From contig OX597822.1 in the NCBI GenBank assembly GCA_951406725.2, forward strand, positions 101,990,001 through 102,054,000: a stretch of DNA of 64,000 nt, in the 5' to 3' direction. Shown here one piece after another: positions 39,197-53,896 of this stretch. The stretch's first letter is position 1. Every line of letters starts with the position of its first letter. Both the position numbers and the translations under genes were made by a program. The notes below the pieces were generated by a model that worked only from the letters and a program-made list of their open reading frames with translations, was not told the DNA's origin and did no database searches. The stretch is from Octopus vulgaris (lineage: Eukaryota).

Positions 39197-39608
39197 TAGG
39201 AGTGGCTGTGTGGTAAGTAGCTTGCTAACCAACCACATGGTTCCGGGTTCAGTCCCACTGTGTGGCACGTCGGGCAAGTGTCTTCTGCTATAGCCCCGGG
39301 CCGACCAATGCCTTGTGAGTGGATTTGGTAGACGGAAACTGAAAGAAGCCCGTCGTATATATGTATATATGTATGTGCATGTATGTTTGTGTGTCTGTGT
39401 TTGTCCCCCTAGCATTGTTTGATAACCGATGCTGGTGTGTTTACGTCCCCGTCACTTAGCGGTTCGGCAAAAAAGAGACCGATAGAATAAGTACTGGGCT
39501 TACAAAAGAATAAGTCCCGGGGTCGAGTTGCTCGATTAAAGGCGGTGCTCCAGCATGGCCGCAGTCAAATGACTGAAACAAGTAAAAGAGTAAAAGAGTA
39601 AAAAGAGT
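39197..39608 (+). mobile_element. Full-length OK-like SINE; other copies at 60074-60485(-), 56012-56355(-), 54655-55312(+), 45775-46645(-, interrupted), 59069-59211(-)
   Basis: tRNA-like head ggagtggctgtgtggtaag...gggttcagtccc; tail gactgaaacaagtaaaagagtaaaagag. Confidence 0.9.
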
Positions 39609-40115
39609 ATGACAAAAACCACACACACACACACACACACTGAGACTCACACACGTGCACGAACGCACACAATCACACACACACGCATACGCATAATATA
39701 TATAGAGAGAGAATTATAATTTAGGGTATCTATGAGATACCCTAAATTATAATTATAATAATAATTATTACCTTTGAAGGTTTTTATTTCCATGCTGGCC
39801 ACTTGATAAGATCGTTATTTAATTTAAATTAACGATCTTATCCTTATTTATATATTACGATGATCCGGTTCTTGACTGAAGACTGAGGGTTTCGAATGTC
39901 CTGTCCGTGTTTATTGTATCGTCTTCTAAGAGTTATACGTTCTTGTCCATGTTGTATTTTTCTACATACCTTAATATATATATATATATATATATCGGTT
40001 TTGAATAATATTCCCTAATATTATTATTATTATATATACTCGAATGACCCCGTCCGTGTTTTTTGTATCGTCTTCTGGATGTTTTGCATTCTTGTCCCAT
40101 TTTGTATTTTATGTA

Positions 40116-40181
<66 letters not shown>

Positions 40182-40360
40182 CTTAAAGCTCCACGACGCT
40201 CCGGCAGGGGGTGGCGATCCCTGCTGTACTCTTTCGCCACTCTTCTCTCACTCTTTCTTCTATTGGCCTGCTCGCTTAGCCAGCGGGGTGGCGTCATTCG
40301 AAGGCTAAAACAATACGAACGCATTTGTGACAAGCGATGTGTAACAACATCTGATGGTCT

Positions 40361-40410
<50 letters not shown>

Positions 40411-40468
40411 TAATAAAAAGGTGAAATTAATTAATTGGTCACGTGACGTGAAAATTTAATATATAGGG

Positions 40469-40722
40469 TAGCAACGAATTGCCTCACCAACACACCGAAT
40501 TTAGAAATAGCAGTCAAAGAGATATAGCTATTCCTTCTACTAAAAGGGGGATCTCAGTAAAAACACAGCACTTGAAAGGCAAACACAGACAGGTAAGACC
40601 TGTCTGTGTTTGCCTTTCAAGTGCTGTGTTTTTACTGAGATCCCCTTTTAGTAGAAGGAATAGCTATATCTCTTTGACTGCTATTTCTAAATTCGGTGTG
40701 TTGGTGAGGCAATTCGTTGCTA
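40469..40722. repeat. 126-bp near-perfect palindrome with a 3-nt loop
   Basis: 40469-40594 vs 40598-40722 differ only by one G in a homopolymer; loop AAG. Confidence 0.95.
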
Positions 40723-41237
40723 AACCCTTAATTACTTAGTATATATATATATATATATACACACACGCACGCAGGCATGGCTGAATGATTAAGTATTCGC
40801 TTCGCAACAACTTAATCTAGTTTGATCTCATTGAACGGTATCTGCCGTGTCTTTTAAAACTTCTGCGTGTATATATATATATATATATATATATCACACC
40901 TTGTGGTGGTGAGGGAAACTGATAAAAGAAATCCTGTCATGAATATATGAGTGCGCTCACCTTTTTTGTATCTATACAAGTGTTTGTGTGTTTATGCGTG
41001 TGCGTGCTTGCTTGCTTGCGTGTTTCTATTCTTCGCACATTTGCGTTTCTTTATTAACACCATTTGAGAAAAATGTCCGTGTAACTTAGTGCTACAAAAA
41101 ACAAAACGATTTTGCTGAAATATGTGGCCACAGCATTGTTAAGAAAACAATTAAACGTGTGAGTGGGAAAGATAGGTACTCTTAAAGGGCGTATTATATA
41201 ATATATATAACGTGTTAGGAGCAGCAGCAACAACAAC

Positions 41238-41288
<51 letters not shown>

Positions 41289-41548
41289 TGTAGTAGTAGT
41301 AGTAGTAGTAGTAGTAAACGGTGGTGGCAGCAGTGATGGTAATGGTGGAATCTGTGGCAGTGCAGTGTTGGTGATGGATTATATACGTACATTTATGCAA
41401 AGATATACATATACACGTGTATTTGTGTGTGTGTGTGTGTGTGTCTGTCTGTCTGTCTGTCTGTCTGTGTGAGTATACAAACATAATTTACCGAAAAGTG
41501 TTCCATCCAGTGAGAGATAAATATCGTTTAATATATACTGGTTTTAAA

Positions 41549-42195
41549 GCGGCGTGCTGGCAGAAACGTTAGCACGCCGGGCGAAACGCGTAGTCGTATT
41601 TCGTCTGCCGTTACGTTCTGAGTTCGAATTCCGCCGAGGTCGTCTTTGCCTTTCATCCTTTCGGGGTCGATAAATTAAGTACCAGTTACGCACTGGGGTC
41701 GGTGTAATCGACTTAATTCGTTTGTCTGTCTTTGTTTGTCCTCTCTGTGTTTAGCCCCTTGTGATTAGTAAAGAAATAGGTATTTCGTCTGTTCTGAATT
41801 CAAATTCCGCCGAGGCCGGCTTTGCCCTTCATCTTTTCGGGATCGATAAATTAAGTACCAGTTACATACTGCGGTCGATGTAATCGACTTGACACCTTTG
41901 TCTGTCCTTGTTTGTCCCCCCTGGGTTTAGTCCCTTGTGGGTAGTAAAAAAATAGGTATTCCGTCTGCCGCTACGTTCTGAGTTCAAATTCCGCCGAGGT
42001 CGACTTTGCCTTTCATCCTTTCGGGGTCGATAAATTAAGTACCAGTTACGCACTGGAGTCGATGTAATCGACTTAATTCGTTTGTCTGTCCTTGCTTGTC
42101 CTCTCTGTGTGTAGCCCCTTGTGGGCAGTAAAGAAATAGGTATTTCGTCGCTACTTTCTGAGTTCAAATTCCACCAAGGTCGACATTGCCTTTCG
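41549..42195 (+). mobile_element. Family A SINE multimer (3 units plus a partial 4th)
   Basis: Unit starts at 41596, 41780, 41956, 42140 (184, 176, 184 nt). Confidence 0.93.
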
Positions 42196-43034
42196 GCGCA
42201 ATGGCCCAGTGACCCAGTGGTTAGGGTAGCGGACTCGCTGTCATAGGATCGCGGTTTCGATTCCCAGACCGGGCGTTGTGAGTGTTTATTGAGCGAAAAC
42301 ACCTAAAGCTCCACGAGGCTCCGGCAGGGGATGGTGGTGATCCCTGCTGCACTCTTTCACCACAACTTTATCTCACTCTTACTTCCTGTTTCTGTTGTAC
42401 CTGTATTTTAAAGGGCCGGCCTTGTCACTCTCTGTGTCACGCTGAATATCCCCGAGAACTACGTTAAGGGTACACGTGTCTGTGGAGTGCTCAGCCACTT
42501 ACACGTTAATTTCACGAGCAGGCTGTTCCGTTGATCGGATCAACCGGAACCCTCGTCGTCGTAACCGACGGAGTGCTTCCACATGATAGCTCTCCTGGGC
42601 ATGTAAACCGTTACACAAGCAACGACACTTGCTAGTTAAGATGACGTCATGGTATGAAATGTCCTTTACTATAGTTGACTATAGAAAGATTATTTTAGAG
42701 AAAATGTTCTGTTGTTTTACTAGAATTGAAAATAAAAATAACATGTTGACACTCGCGGAGTCTAATAAAATTACCTTGTAACATTTCATTTAATTTTCTG
42801 GAGCCGTTTGAGAATGCTTAGAGAACAAAAGACTCTGATCTTCCTGTATTTTCTTTGACTCAAAGCCAGGAACTTTTCAACACCTCCCCGTAATGTGGGT
42901 GTGTTGTGTAGCCTTTTATGAATCAGTTCAATTTATATAAATGGATTATTATTTAGATTATAGAAATTCTGGTCGTTGTAGAATTAATGGCAGTTACCAT
43001 TTAATTGATTTCATAGTCTGGATTATATATTCTA

Positions 43035-43541
43035 CTAGCAGTATCGCCCGGCGTTGCTCGGGTTTGTAAGGGAAATAACTATATAAGCATTTTTAGAGAG
43101 TTACTTCCCTTATAAATTCGGGCTTTCTTAGCCATTTTTGTTTTGGTGTCTTCAAGCCATGAAGTCGTTGTTCTAAAAGAACGCTGGTTTCCTTCACAAC
43201 GCATTACGACGTTGATTTCTTTACACTCCCTTCCCCACAGCTTCACGAGGGAGGGAAGGGGGAGAAGCAAACAGGTGCAGCTGTGAGCGTGGACGCCAAC
43301 TCCGCCGCCATCGACACACGATGCATTTTATGCATTAAAATGGAATAAAAAAATGATGTTAAATTATTTTTAAAATCGTAGACTCATCGTTGACGTGCGC
43401 TAATAGTCAGACGGGCTCGATATGAATCACGACTATAAGATACCCGAATTTGGTTAAACTGCACCGCAAAATGTGGGAGGAGTTAGGAATCTAAATCGAA
43501 GGGGACAGACACTCACACAACTAGAGTTTTATATATATAGA
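43035..43541 (-). mobile_element. Non-autonomous Helitron
   Basis: Shares its 3' end with 31390-31773; TC...CTAG termini in an AT target. Confidence 0.87.
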
Positions 43542-43874
43542 TATATGTTAAGAACGACACAAAAGATGAAAGGTAGAAACGTTACAATATTCTCTATTGT
43601 AAAATGTGTCTCACTTATATTGGAATGTCATAATATTACAACGAAAGTGCTTTACTTGCTCTTCTTATAAGTCTACAGTTGTTGCATTGCTAAACTACAC
43701 AGCGACTGTCATTAAGATTCGAGAAATACTTGCAAAGATTGGGAGGATTTTGAGCTGGGTTTTTTGCTTCTTTTGTGCTTTTTGTTTTTTTATTTTATTA
43801 CGACGAAAATGTGTTTACCGAGATATGTCATCTAACTGTAACAAAACTATTTAAAATAATTTATTACACCGCAA

Positions 43875-43905
<31 letters not shown>

Positions 43906-44033
43906 ATGTATGTATGTATGTATGTATGTATGTATGTATGTATGTATGTATGTATGTATGTGTATGTATGTATGAATTGTATGTATGTATGTATGTATGT
44001 GTGTATGTATGTGTGTGTGTGTATGTATGTATG

Positions 44034-44064
<31 letters not shown>

Positions 44065-44750
44065 TGTATGTATGTATGTATGTATGTATGTATGTATGTA
44101 TGTATGTGTGTGTATGTATGTATGTATGTATGTATGTGTGTGTGTATGTATGTATGTATGTATGTATGTATGTATGTATGTATTGTATGTATGTATGTAT
44201 GTATGTATGTATGTATTGTATGTATGTATGTATGTATGTATGTATGTATGTATGTATGTATGTATGTATGTATGTATTGTATGTATGTATGTATGTATGT
44301 ATGTATGTATGTATGTATGTATGTATGTATGTATGTATGTATGTATGTATTGTATGTATGTATGTATGTATGTATGTATGTATGTATGCATGTATGTATG
44401 TATGTATGTATGTATTGTATGTATGTATGTATGTATGTATGTATGTATGTATGTATGTATGTATGTATGTATGTATGTATGTATGTATGTATGTGTGTAT
44501 GTATGTATGTATGTATGTATGAATTGTATGTATGTATGTATGTATGTATGTATGTATGTATGTATGTATGTATGTATGTATGTATGTATGTATGTATGTA
44601 TGTATGTATGTATGTATGTATGTATGTATGTATGTATGTATGTATGTATGTATGTATGTATGTATGTATGTATGTATGTATGTATGTATGTATGTATGTA
44701 TGTATGTATGTATGTATGTATGTATGTATGTATGTATGTATGTGTGTGTG
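43875..44750. repeat. ~0.88 kb (TATG)n array; further simple repeats at 45712-45770, 48505-48633, 49975-50215 (GAAA), 53518-53781 (GATA), 53866-54015
   Basis: Direct reading. Confidence 0.98.
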
Positions 44751-45710
44751 TTTTATGGATGATAAATCCATGTTTCATTTGGACGATATTTCGTTCAACA
44801 ATTAAATGAAAATTACTCATCTGTAACTGATAGCGAGAGAGACGAAATGTGAAAGGCAGAGATCGATTAGACAGAAAGACAGAGACAGAGAGACAGGCAG
44901 ACAGAGGAGAGAAAGATTGGAATACTGAATGTTGAAAGAGAGGCGTGGTGGTGAAAAGAAACAGATGCGCTGACCAATAAAAGAGAAAACAAAAACAAGA
45001 AAAAAGAAGAATGCGTGAAAGAAGAGAGTAAATTTTTATTGGTGGTCTGAAAACCTTAACGTTTTATTTTTATATATGCCTTGAAAGATTTCCAAATCAT
45101 TTTATTTCTTCGCAACATGACTCAATTACTTCAGTATTGTTAAATACATTGAGCTATCAGACATGAGAAATCAAATCGACATTAATTGGAAAAAATTAAC
45201 GATGATATAGTACATATTAATAGATACGCTTATAATTTTCTTTATTCAATCTTAAAAACGCCTGACATATTGTCATACACCACCACAACTATTACAACTA
45301 CCGCCAATACTACAACATTCAATGTATACACAAAAAAAAATTGTAAACACCCTCAGTTGATAGAAATAATGTTATATTCGTTTCATTGTAAAATAATATA
45401 AATATACACACTTCTACTGCTATGTATTAGCAGTTACTATCGTGCAGCTAACAATATACACTTAACACTATACAGAGTGAAAATACACACCTCAGGTGAT
45501 GATGGAGGTACCTTGGGGACGTCATTTGCATAAAATACTAGTTCCTGTATTGCATGCAGTGTTCATTAATGAGTAATACCATTTTAATCATAGGAATATT
45601 TATCAAATTTTCTAATTTAGTTTTCCGATGCCCTCAATTGAAAACAGAGAGTAACACTAACTTTACTAACCACTTATTTCTATATGTATATCTATAGCTT
45701 TCTATGTATG

Positions 45711-45770
<60 letters not shown>

Positions 45771-46251
45771 TCTTTTTATCTTTTTTTTAGTTTTTACTTG
45801 TTTCAATCATTAGACTGGGGTCATGCTGGGGCACTGCCTTGAAGAATTTATTGTCGAATGTATTGACCCCAGCACTTTATTAAGCCTGGTACTAATTTTG
45901 TCAATCATTTTTGTCGAACCACTAGATTACGGGGATATAAACACACCAACACAAGTTGTCAAGCGGTGGAGTGAGGAGACAAGCACAGACACACATACAT
46001 AGACACACACACACACACATACTCACGCACCGAGCTGGCAGAAACGTTAGCACGCCGGGCGAAATACTTTGCGGTATTTCGTCCGCCGCTGCGTTCTGAG
46101 TTCAAATTCCGCCGAGGTCGACTTTGCCTTTCATCCTTTCGGGGTCGATAAATTAAGTACCAGTTACGCACTGGAGTCGATGTGATCGACTTAATCCGTT
46201 TGTCTGTCCTTGTTTATCCCCTCTGTGTTTAGCCCCTTGTAGGTAGTAAAG

Positions 46252-46485
<234 letters not shown>

Positions 46486-48058
46486 GGGCGTCTTTCGCTT
46501 TCCATCCACCAAATCCATTGACAAAACTTTGGTCGGCCTGAGGCTATAGCAGAAGACACTTGCCCAAGATGTCATGCTGTGGGATTGAATCCAGGACCAT
46601 GTGGTTGGGAAGCAAGCTTCTTACCACACAGCAACGCTTGCGGCTATGCATATTTTTTTGTTGTTTTACTTGTTTCAATCATTGGACTGCCTCCATGCTG
46701 GGGCATCCTCTTGATGCATTTAGTCAAACAATTCGACACCGGGGCTTACGTTTTTAAGTCTAGTTCTCATCGTGTCGATGTTTTAACGGAACCGCTAAGT
46801 TACGGTCGTATAAACAAACCAGCACCGGTTGTCAAGCGGTGAAGTGACAAACACGTCACACGCATATGGGACAAGTAACCTGTTGATAGATTCACAACAT
46901 TACCACATCATTTTCTTTATCTCAATAAAGACATAACGTTTAAAGTAGAAAAAATTGGTCTTTCTTTTTTTTCTGTTCGGGTTTTGACAGGTGCTTCATA
47001 CGTATCTCTTCAAATTCTTTTCTTTGTTTCAGTCATTTGACTGCGGCCATGCTGGAGCACCGCCTTTAGTTGAACTAATCGACCCCGGGACAGGTGTAGG
47101 TTTTTGTTTGTTATTGTTGTTATTTCTGTGTAATTTGACGGTTTAGCAATAGAGCATGGCAGAGTAAGTATCAGATTAGATTTTAAACAAATCTGTTGTT
47201 TTGGGGTCGAGCTGTTCAACTGTAAAAAGTTATGTCCCTTAAATCGATTATATATACTTTTACGATACACAAAATATTTTTAAAATTTTTATACATTTCC
47301 TAATAATATATGTGGAGTCGGCCAAATAGCAGAGTTGTTGTAGCCTCATGATCGTAGGATTGTGGTTTCGATTCCTGGACCGGGCGACGCGTTGTGTTCT
47401 TGAGCAAAACACTTCATTTCACGTTGCTCCAGTCCACTCAGCTGGCAAAAGTGAGTAACACTGCGATGGACTAACGTCCCGTCCAGCTGGGGAGCACATA
47501 CGCCATAGAAACCGGGAAACCGGGCCCATAAGCCTGGCTAGGCTTTAAGAAAATGGCGCATTTATTTTTATTATTTTTTAATAATATATAAGAAATATAA
47601 TAGAATTTTTAAAACATCGACTTTCCAGGTGGGGGTCCAGTAGAGTAAAATAGGAATCAAGGAAGTCCATAGGCAAAATGTGGTTGAGAGCCACTGATCT
47701 AGAAGAAATTGAGAGTAGTCAGACCTAGGGAGGGACGGGTTACGTCAGGTCTCAAAATGTCCAAAACACACCGTATACTGCAACAGCGCCTCTATAACTC
47801 TATCTACGAGTTACAGATCCGTGACATGGCACAGATAGATAGATGGAGAGAGAGAGAGAGATAGAGAGAGAGAGAGAAAGAAAGAAAGAGAAACAGACAG
47901 ACAGACAGACAGACGGATGGATGGATGGATGGGTGTGTGTGGGGGTTGTTCTTGTAAGCATCATGCATTTGTATTTCTGTGTCTGCGCTTGCATAAGCGT
48001 ATGTGTGAGTGTGTGTTAAAGAATTTTTGTTTCACAACCACCACTATCACCACCGCAC

Positions 48059-48106
<48 letters not shown>

Positions 48107-48520
48107 AATTCAGAAGTCACTGAACTAATTTCATCTGTGCTAATCAACACTCGTTATTATATTTACTGGCAATAAATGTCGTGAGGCTTCGTCAATTAAA
48201 TCCCAGTCTCACATTTACAAGAAACATGCGTGCCATAGGTCATTGTTTACAAAGATAATTGCACTCTAGAGCGATATTTACTTAACAACATTGCTGGAGA
48301 AACTATACAAACGCTTTTTATGTATCATATAACCGGCAATCACTTACCAATGGACCCTTACGTATCTGAAAACAGATAAAGTTAAGTAATTAGAGGAGAG
48401 CGTGGAGAAGATCAAGAGGAACAGATGCGGAGTGGGAACGTAGAATCAGGAGGGGTAAGACGTCACAGAACGGAATGTCATCGAGAAAAGTAAATATTAT
48501 CGTTATTATCATTATTATTA

Positions 48521-48562
<42 letters not shown>

Positions 48563-48567
48563 TATTA

Positions 48568-48612
<45 letters not shown>

Positions 48613-49983
48613 CATCATCATCATCATTATTATTAATGATAATTACTTACATAGACACTTGGCTCCAGATTTATAAACAAGTGGGATGAATTGATAATTG
48701 CGACATTTCTGTAGTTTTCTAAAAAATATTCAGCGAACGGGAAATGAAAATTGAAACGGAGTTATGTATTTCGTTTTCACGGAAACCATGTTTACTGGTT
48801 TATCGATGTTGTTTATTTGCTTAGTGTTGTCCATCGAATTTCGTAATTTTCATCAATTGTGGATCCTATGGTTGGTTATTTTGGTGGCTATACTCCTTAA
48901 AATGCGACAGCCCCTCACCGGCGGACGAAGAAAGTGCCCGAACTACTACTACCAGTATAGTTATTGTCTACCCTCGCGAGCGAGTAAACTACGAACGTGT
49001 TGGTGCACGTGTGATACCCCGAACTTTACAAATTCAGTTACTACGGTAGAAATTGAGCGTGTATGAGCCATATTGTAAATGCGGTTGCCCGCGAAATAAA
49101 ACTTTATAGAGTTGTTTGGAGTAGGCTTTTTTCTGCATCACTACTTTTACTGTGAAGGAGATAAATCCATTGGCAAGGATGATCCTAGAACACTGAGTAC
49201 CATTTCTTAACATTAGGATGCTACCGGAAATCTATTCAGTCGGAAACTACTTTAAAGTTGACCATTACAATTTGCTTTTCTTTCAGCGTGTATTCCACTA
49301 GTCTATGACTCCTGGACTCACTCACTAGGCAGCAAATCAGTGCAGATTAGTCACTCCCACCACGACTAATGTATGATATCTACCGACCCATCTATAAATC
49401 AGAGGCTCGAATAAAAACTAGAGATCAGTCACTCTTAAAGGGGTTTTATCGTACGCTCAGTCACTATCTCTGCATTCTATTAGTATTGCTCCATGGTTGA
49501 TGACCTTATAACGGGTTCATCCGTCCTGTTGACACACTTTATTTTTGCCCTGTTGAGTTTCATTGAATCCCTTCCCCACACCTACCTGGAGATGGTGTCA
49601 TTTTAGTGGCCGACAATGCGACCGTGTAGCAAGCTGTACTAGATTACCAGTTATCATAAGTTATAAATCGACATGACAATATCATATTATAAAAGTATAT
49701 AGCCTAATCGGTTGTAATGACAAAAGGTCACATTTTTTTTTTTTAGTATGTAGAATAGTCGGCAGAATAATCGATTTTACATATATATCTGGTAATTATA
49801 TATCTAGTAATTATCTTAATGACTCTAGGTCAATAAATAACAAAGTCCGGTTTGAATTAATATACGCACTTGAAACAGCATTAGATTAATATACCGGTGT
49901 ACATAAAGCGTTTATGCAAACGTGGAATGGCACAAAACTGTGATATTTTGCTTCAGAGAGAGAGTGGGGAGTGAGAGAGAGAG

Positions 49984-50088
<105 letters not shown>

Positions 50089-50138
50089 TGAGAGAAGAAA
50101 GAAAGAAAGAAAGAAAGAACGAAAGAAAGAAAGAACGA

Positions 50139-50214
<76 letters not shown>

Positions 50215-50479
50215 GACCTTTTGAGGAGATATAGATGTTAAAATACAGAGCTTTGCTCAGAACGATGTCGGCCAGACACGGCGTTTCTACATAACTTGAT
50301 CTCCTCAGTGACAAATATCGGGACGTTCTGATCCAAGCTAAAAATGTTCTGATATAGAAATCGATATGAAAATGTGTGAAGATTAGCCACACTAGGATTT
50401 AATTAATAAATACACCTTAATTGAAGCGGCTTTAGATTAAAATATTGGTGTATATAACATTTATAACGTGCGTGTACTA

Positions 50480-50698
50480 ATGTGGAACGGCTGTAATTTT
50501 GTATCAAAAAAATTCTCAAAATTCTCAATTTACTGGCTTAGCTCAGAACGTACGGGGTATTCATCATTGAGGATACCAAGTGAGATTGAAACACGTATCT
50601 TGCGATCTGCCGGCATTCTGAGCGAAGTCCTGTGTTTTTAACGCATAAATCTTTTTGAGAATTTTTTTTTTTTTGAGACAAAATTACAGCCGTCACAT
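50480..50698. mobile_element. MITE-like element with ~40-bp imperfect TIRs
   Basis: acggctgtaattttgtatcaaaaaaattctcaaa vs tttgagaattt(T)ngagacaaaattacagccgt. Confidence 0.72.
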
Positions 50699-51297
50699 AT
50701 TATATTTTGTTAATATAATATGTAAATATTTACTGATCTAGTGAGATTAAAGGTCAGAATGTATAAAGACAATGCAGCTGACCACAAATTCAGGTATTCA
50801 ACGAACCAATGACGGTTTTTCGTCTGCTAGAAACAGCAGCTAAATCTAGCTCAAACCAAAGGAAGGACATACAGGATAATATAGTCTGTAAAAACTACAA
50901 AATGGTCACAGTAGAGGCTTACATCAGAAATATGTTCGTAAAGGTCAAACAACAGTATCATATCATTTCTTGCTTTTGATTAGATCCAGAGTCCCTTAAC
51001 AGAAGAAGGAATATAGCCGCTAATGGTATACAGAATGCAGCATTGAAATACACAAAAAGCCGTGCAAAATATGGGCAGAAAATCTCCAATATTTTACACA
51101 GCTATCGGCGTGGTGCTAGTGACGTTAGGTAGGCGGTACCTGTTTCATTAGGCAAATAATGTGGAAGACTTTTTTTTTACCTCACGCTGTATGATTGATA
51201 TTGTTGTTATCAATGTTTCAAAGGTAAAAATAAACCTAAATCGTGTCATGGTTTGTACTCAGAACATAGATACACAGGAAATCAACTTGTTCATCTC

Positions 51298-51341
<44 letters not shown>

Positions 51342-51489
51342 GTGTATGTGTGTATGTGTATATGTGTGTGTGTATGTATGTGTGTATGTGTGTATGTAAG
51401 TATGTATGTATGTATGTATATATGTATGTATGTGTGTATGTGTGTGTACACATATACATACATACATTCATTTATAGATAATGTCTTAC

Positions 51490-51549
<60 letters not shown>

Positions 51550-51651
51550 GTATATATATATATTCCTACGTAAGGACATATCTATCTATAAATAAATGTA
51601 TGTATGTATATATATACATATTTCTATATACACACACACACACACACACAC

Positions 51652-51697
<46 letters not shown>

Positions 51698-52052
51698 ATG
51701 TTTGCAGCTATGCCTATTTGTCTCTCTGTCCATTTGTCTGGCCGGTAGATATCAGAATGCGGTTGATAATGTCAGATAAGCATTTCAGAAGAATTATTCT
51801 TTGAAATAATTTATTGATTCGTAATATATAAGTTTATGCCTTGGCAGCCATTTTTTCTGGCAGCATCGTGTTTGGCACCAACGACATTTTGACTGGCTTC
51901 ATTAGTTGTTCGCGATCGCTGACCCTTCTATTCTGTGCCGAATACATGAGTGATTAAATTCATATCGTATCTTTCTTTTCACTCCGTATATGCGTATGTA
52001 TAATAATATACATATATATATATACATACACATATATATATTTATATACATA

Positions 52053-52190
<138 letters not shown>

Positions 52191-52211
52191 TTATATTTAT
52201 GTTCATACATT

Positions 52212-52247
<36 letters not shown>

Positions 52248-52257
52248 GTTCATACAT

Positions 52258-52288
<31 letters not shown>

Positions 52289-52579
52289 GCATGTATGTAT
52301 GTATGTATGTATGTATAGGAACTGTTGCGTCAAATTTACAGCTTCAACTGTTTATTAGATATTATTAATATTTTTGTTTTTGTTGCTATTGTTGTCTAGG
52401 CACAAGTCCAACGTTTCGGTACAGAAGAGGCTATTGTCGATTGAATCAACACAAGTATATAACTGGTATTAATTTTATCAACGAAAAAGAAATGAAAGTA
52501 GTAATTTGAAATTACTGTTGTGATTTGAAATCACTATCTTTACTTTTATTAATCCCAAATAAACCCCTTCGTTTTATTA

Positions 52580-52891
52580 TCCATATCTATAAAGCTGAAA
52601 TGCGAAAAAGTTGTTTGATTTCTTGGTTATTTGTCTCATTTTGGGATGGGAACGGTTTAAGGGGCAATAGATGGGGTCGGATTGGCGCCAAAATTTATTC
52701 TGGGTGTAAAATGGGGCGGGCAATGGTGTGAGGAAGGTTGCAAATCGCTGGGGGGCTACTGTTTGGTTGCCATGGGGAGGAATATGGGAAAGGCAAAGAA
52801 GATGAACGTAAGAAGAAAGGGAAAAGGAGACAACACACACAAAACAACACCTCCACCAAAACCCGAGCGAAGCATGGGTCAAAATAGATAG
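52580..52891 (+). mobile_element. Older non-autonomous Helitron
   Basis: 5' tccatatctataaagctgaa matches the 5' end of the 4663-5059 element; 3' hairpin acccgagcgaagcatgggt then atag|t. Confidence 0.6.
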
Positions 52892-53517
52892 TCTTTATAT
52901 AATCATTTTGACTGTGAACTAGCATGTCAGATCTTAGATAAATTTCAATAAATGTAGGCAACACAAAGTAATATTGTACTGAAGTGGTACAGTTTGAAAC
53001 CACAGAAATATCTCAAAGTAGGCATTAAAAATTTACTCTGATCTGCACTTGTGCTAGATCGATCACGCGTTTGTCCTAGACTGAAATACATTAAGCCATC
53101 TCCCACAACAGGCGTCGGCGTCTTCACTTCGAACGTTTAAATATTTGGTAGTAAGACTTAATACAAATAATGCAGATTTCCTATCTGATTTCGTATCTAA
53201 ACATTTGAAACTCAAGTTTGCTCCCGCTTCGTACAAGTCCCTACCGATCTTAACTGACAGCCTGTCTAACATTACATTTTTCAGGTTCTTCTTTACTAAA
53301 GACGAAAAATTAGTATTGACGGACCCAAGTACTAGCCATTGTTTTACGACTGTAACCGTTAGTTTCCTCTGAACACGTTTATGTATAGAATACTCCAAAC
53401 ACATAAGTATGATATCTTATGTGTCAATGGCACTTTTTATATCCAAGTCTCAATGTAGAGTGAATCAAATGCAGACTATCCTTGGCAGATAGTCCTTGTT
53501 TATACATATATATAGAG

Positions 53518-53643
<126 letters not shown>

Positions 53644-53644
53644 G

Positions 53645-53781
<137 letters not shown>

Positions 53782-53860
53782 GCATACATACATACAAACA
53801 TACATAAAACATACACACATAAATATAAATATATATGTAAATATATATAGTGTTTATATA

Positions 53861-53896
<36 letters not shown>

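Noticed and set aside
43851-44820. MYVC/HTYI repeat ORFs, and similar SIYL, YIYI, KERK, poly-G/P ORFs elsewhere
   Set aside because: Translations of tetra-, di- and trinucleotide repeats
45517-45531. CRE-like GACGTCA overlapping octamer ATTTGCAT; also YY1-like AAAATGGCG at ~32287 and TATAAAAG at ~27929
   Set aside because: Short motifs expected by chance in 64 kb; no linked gene evidence
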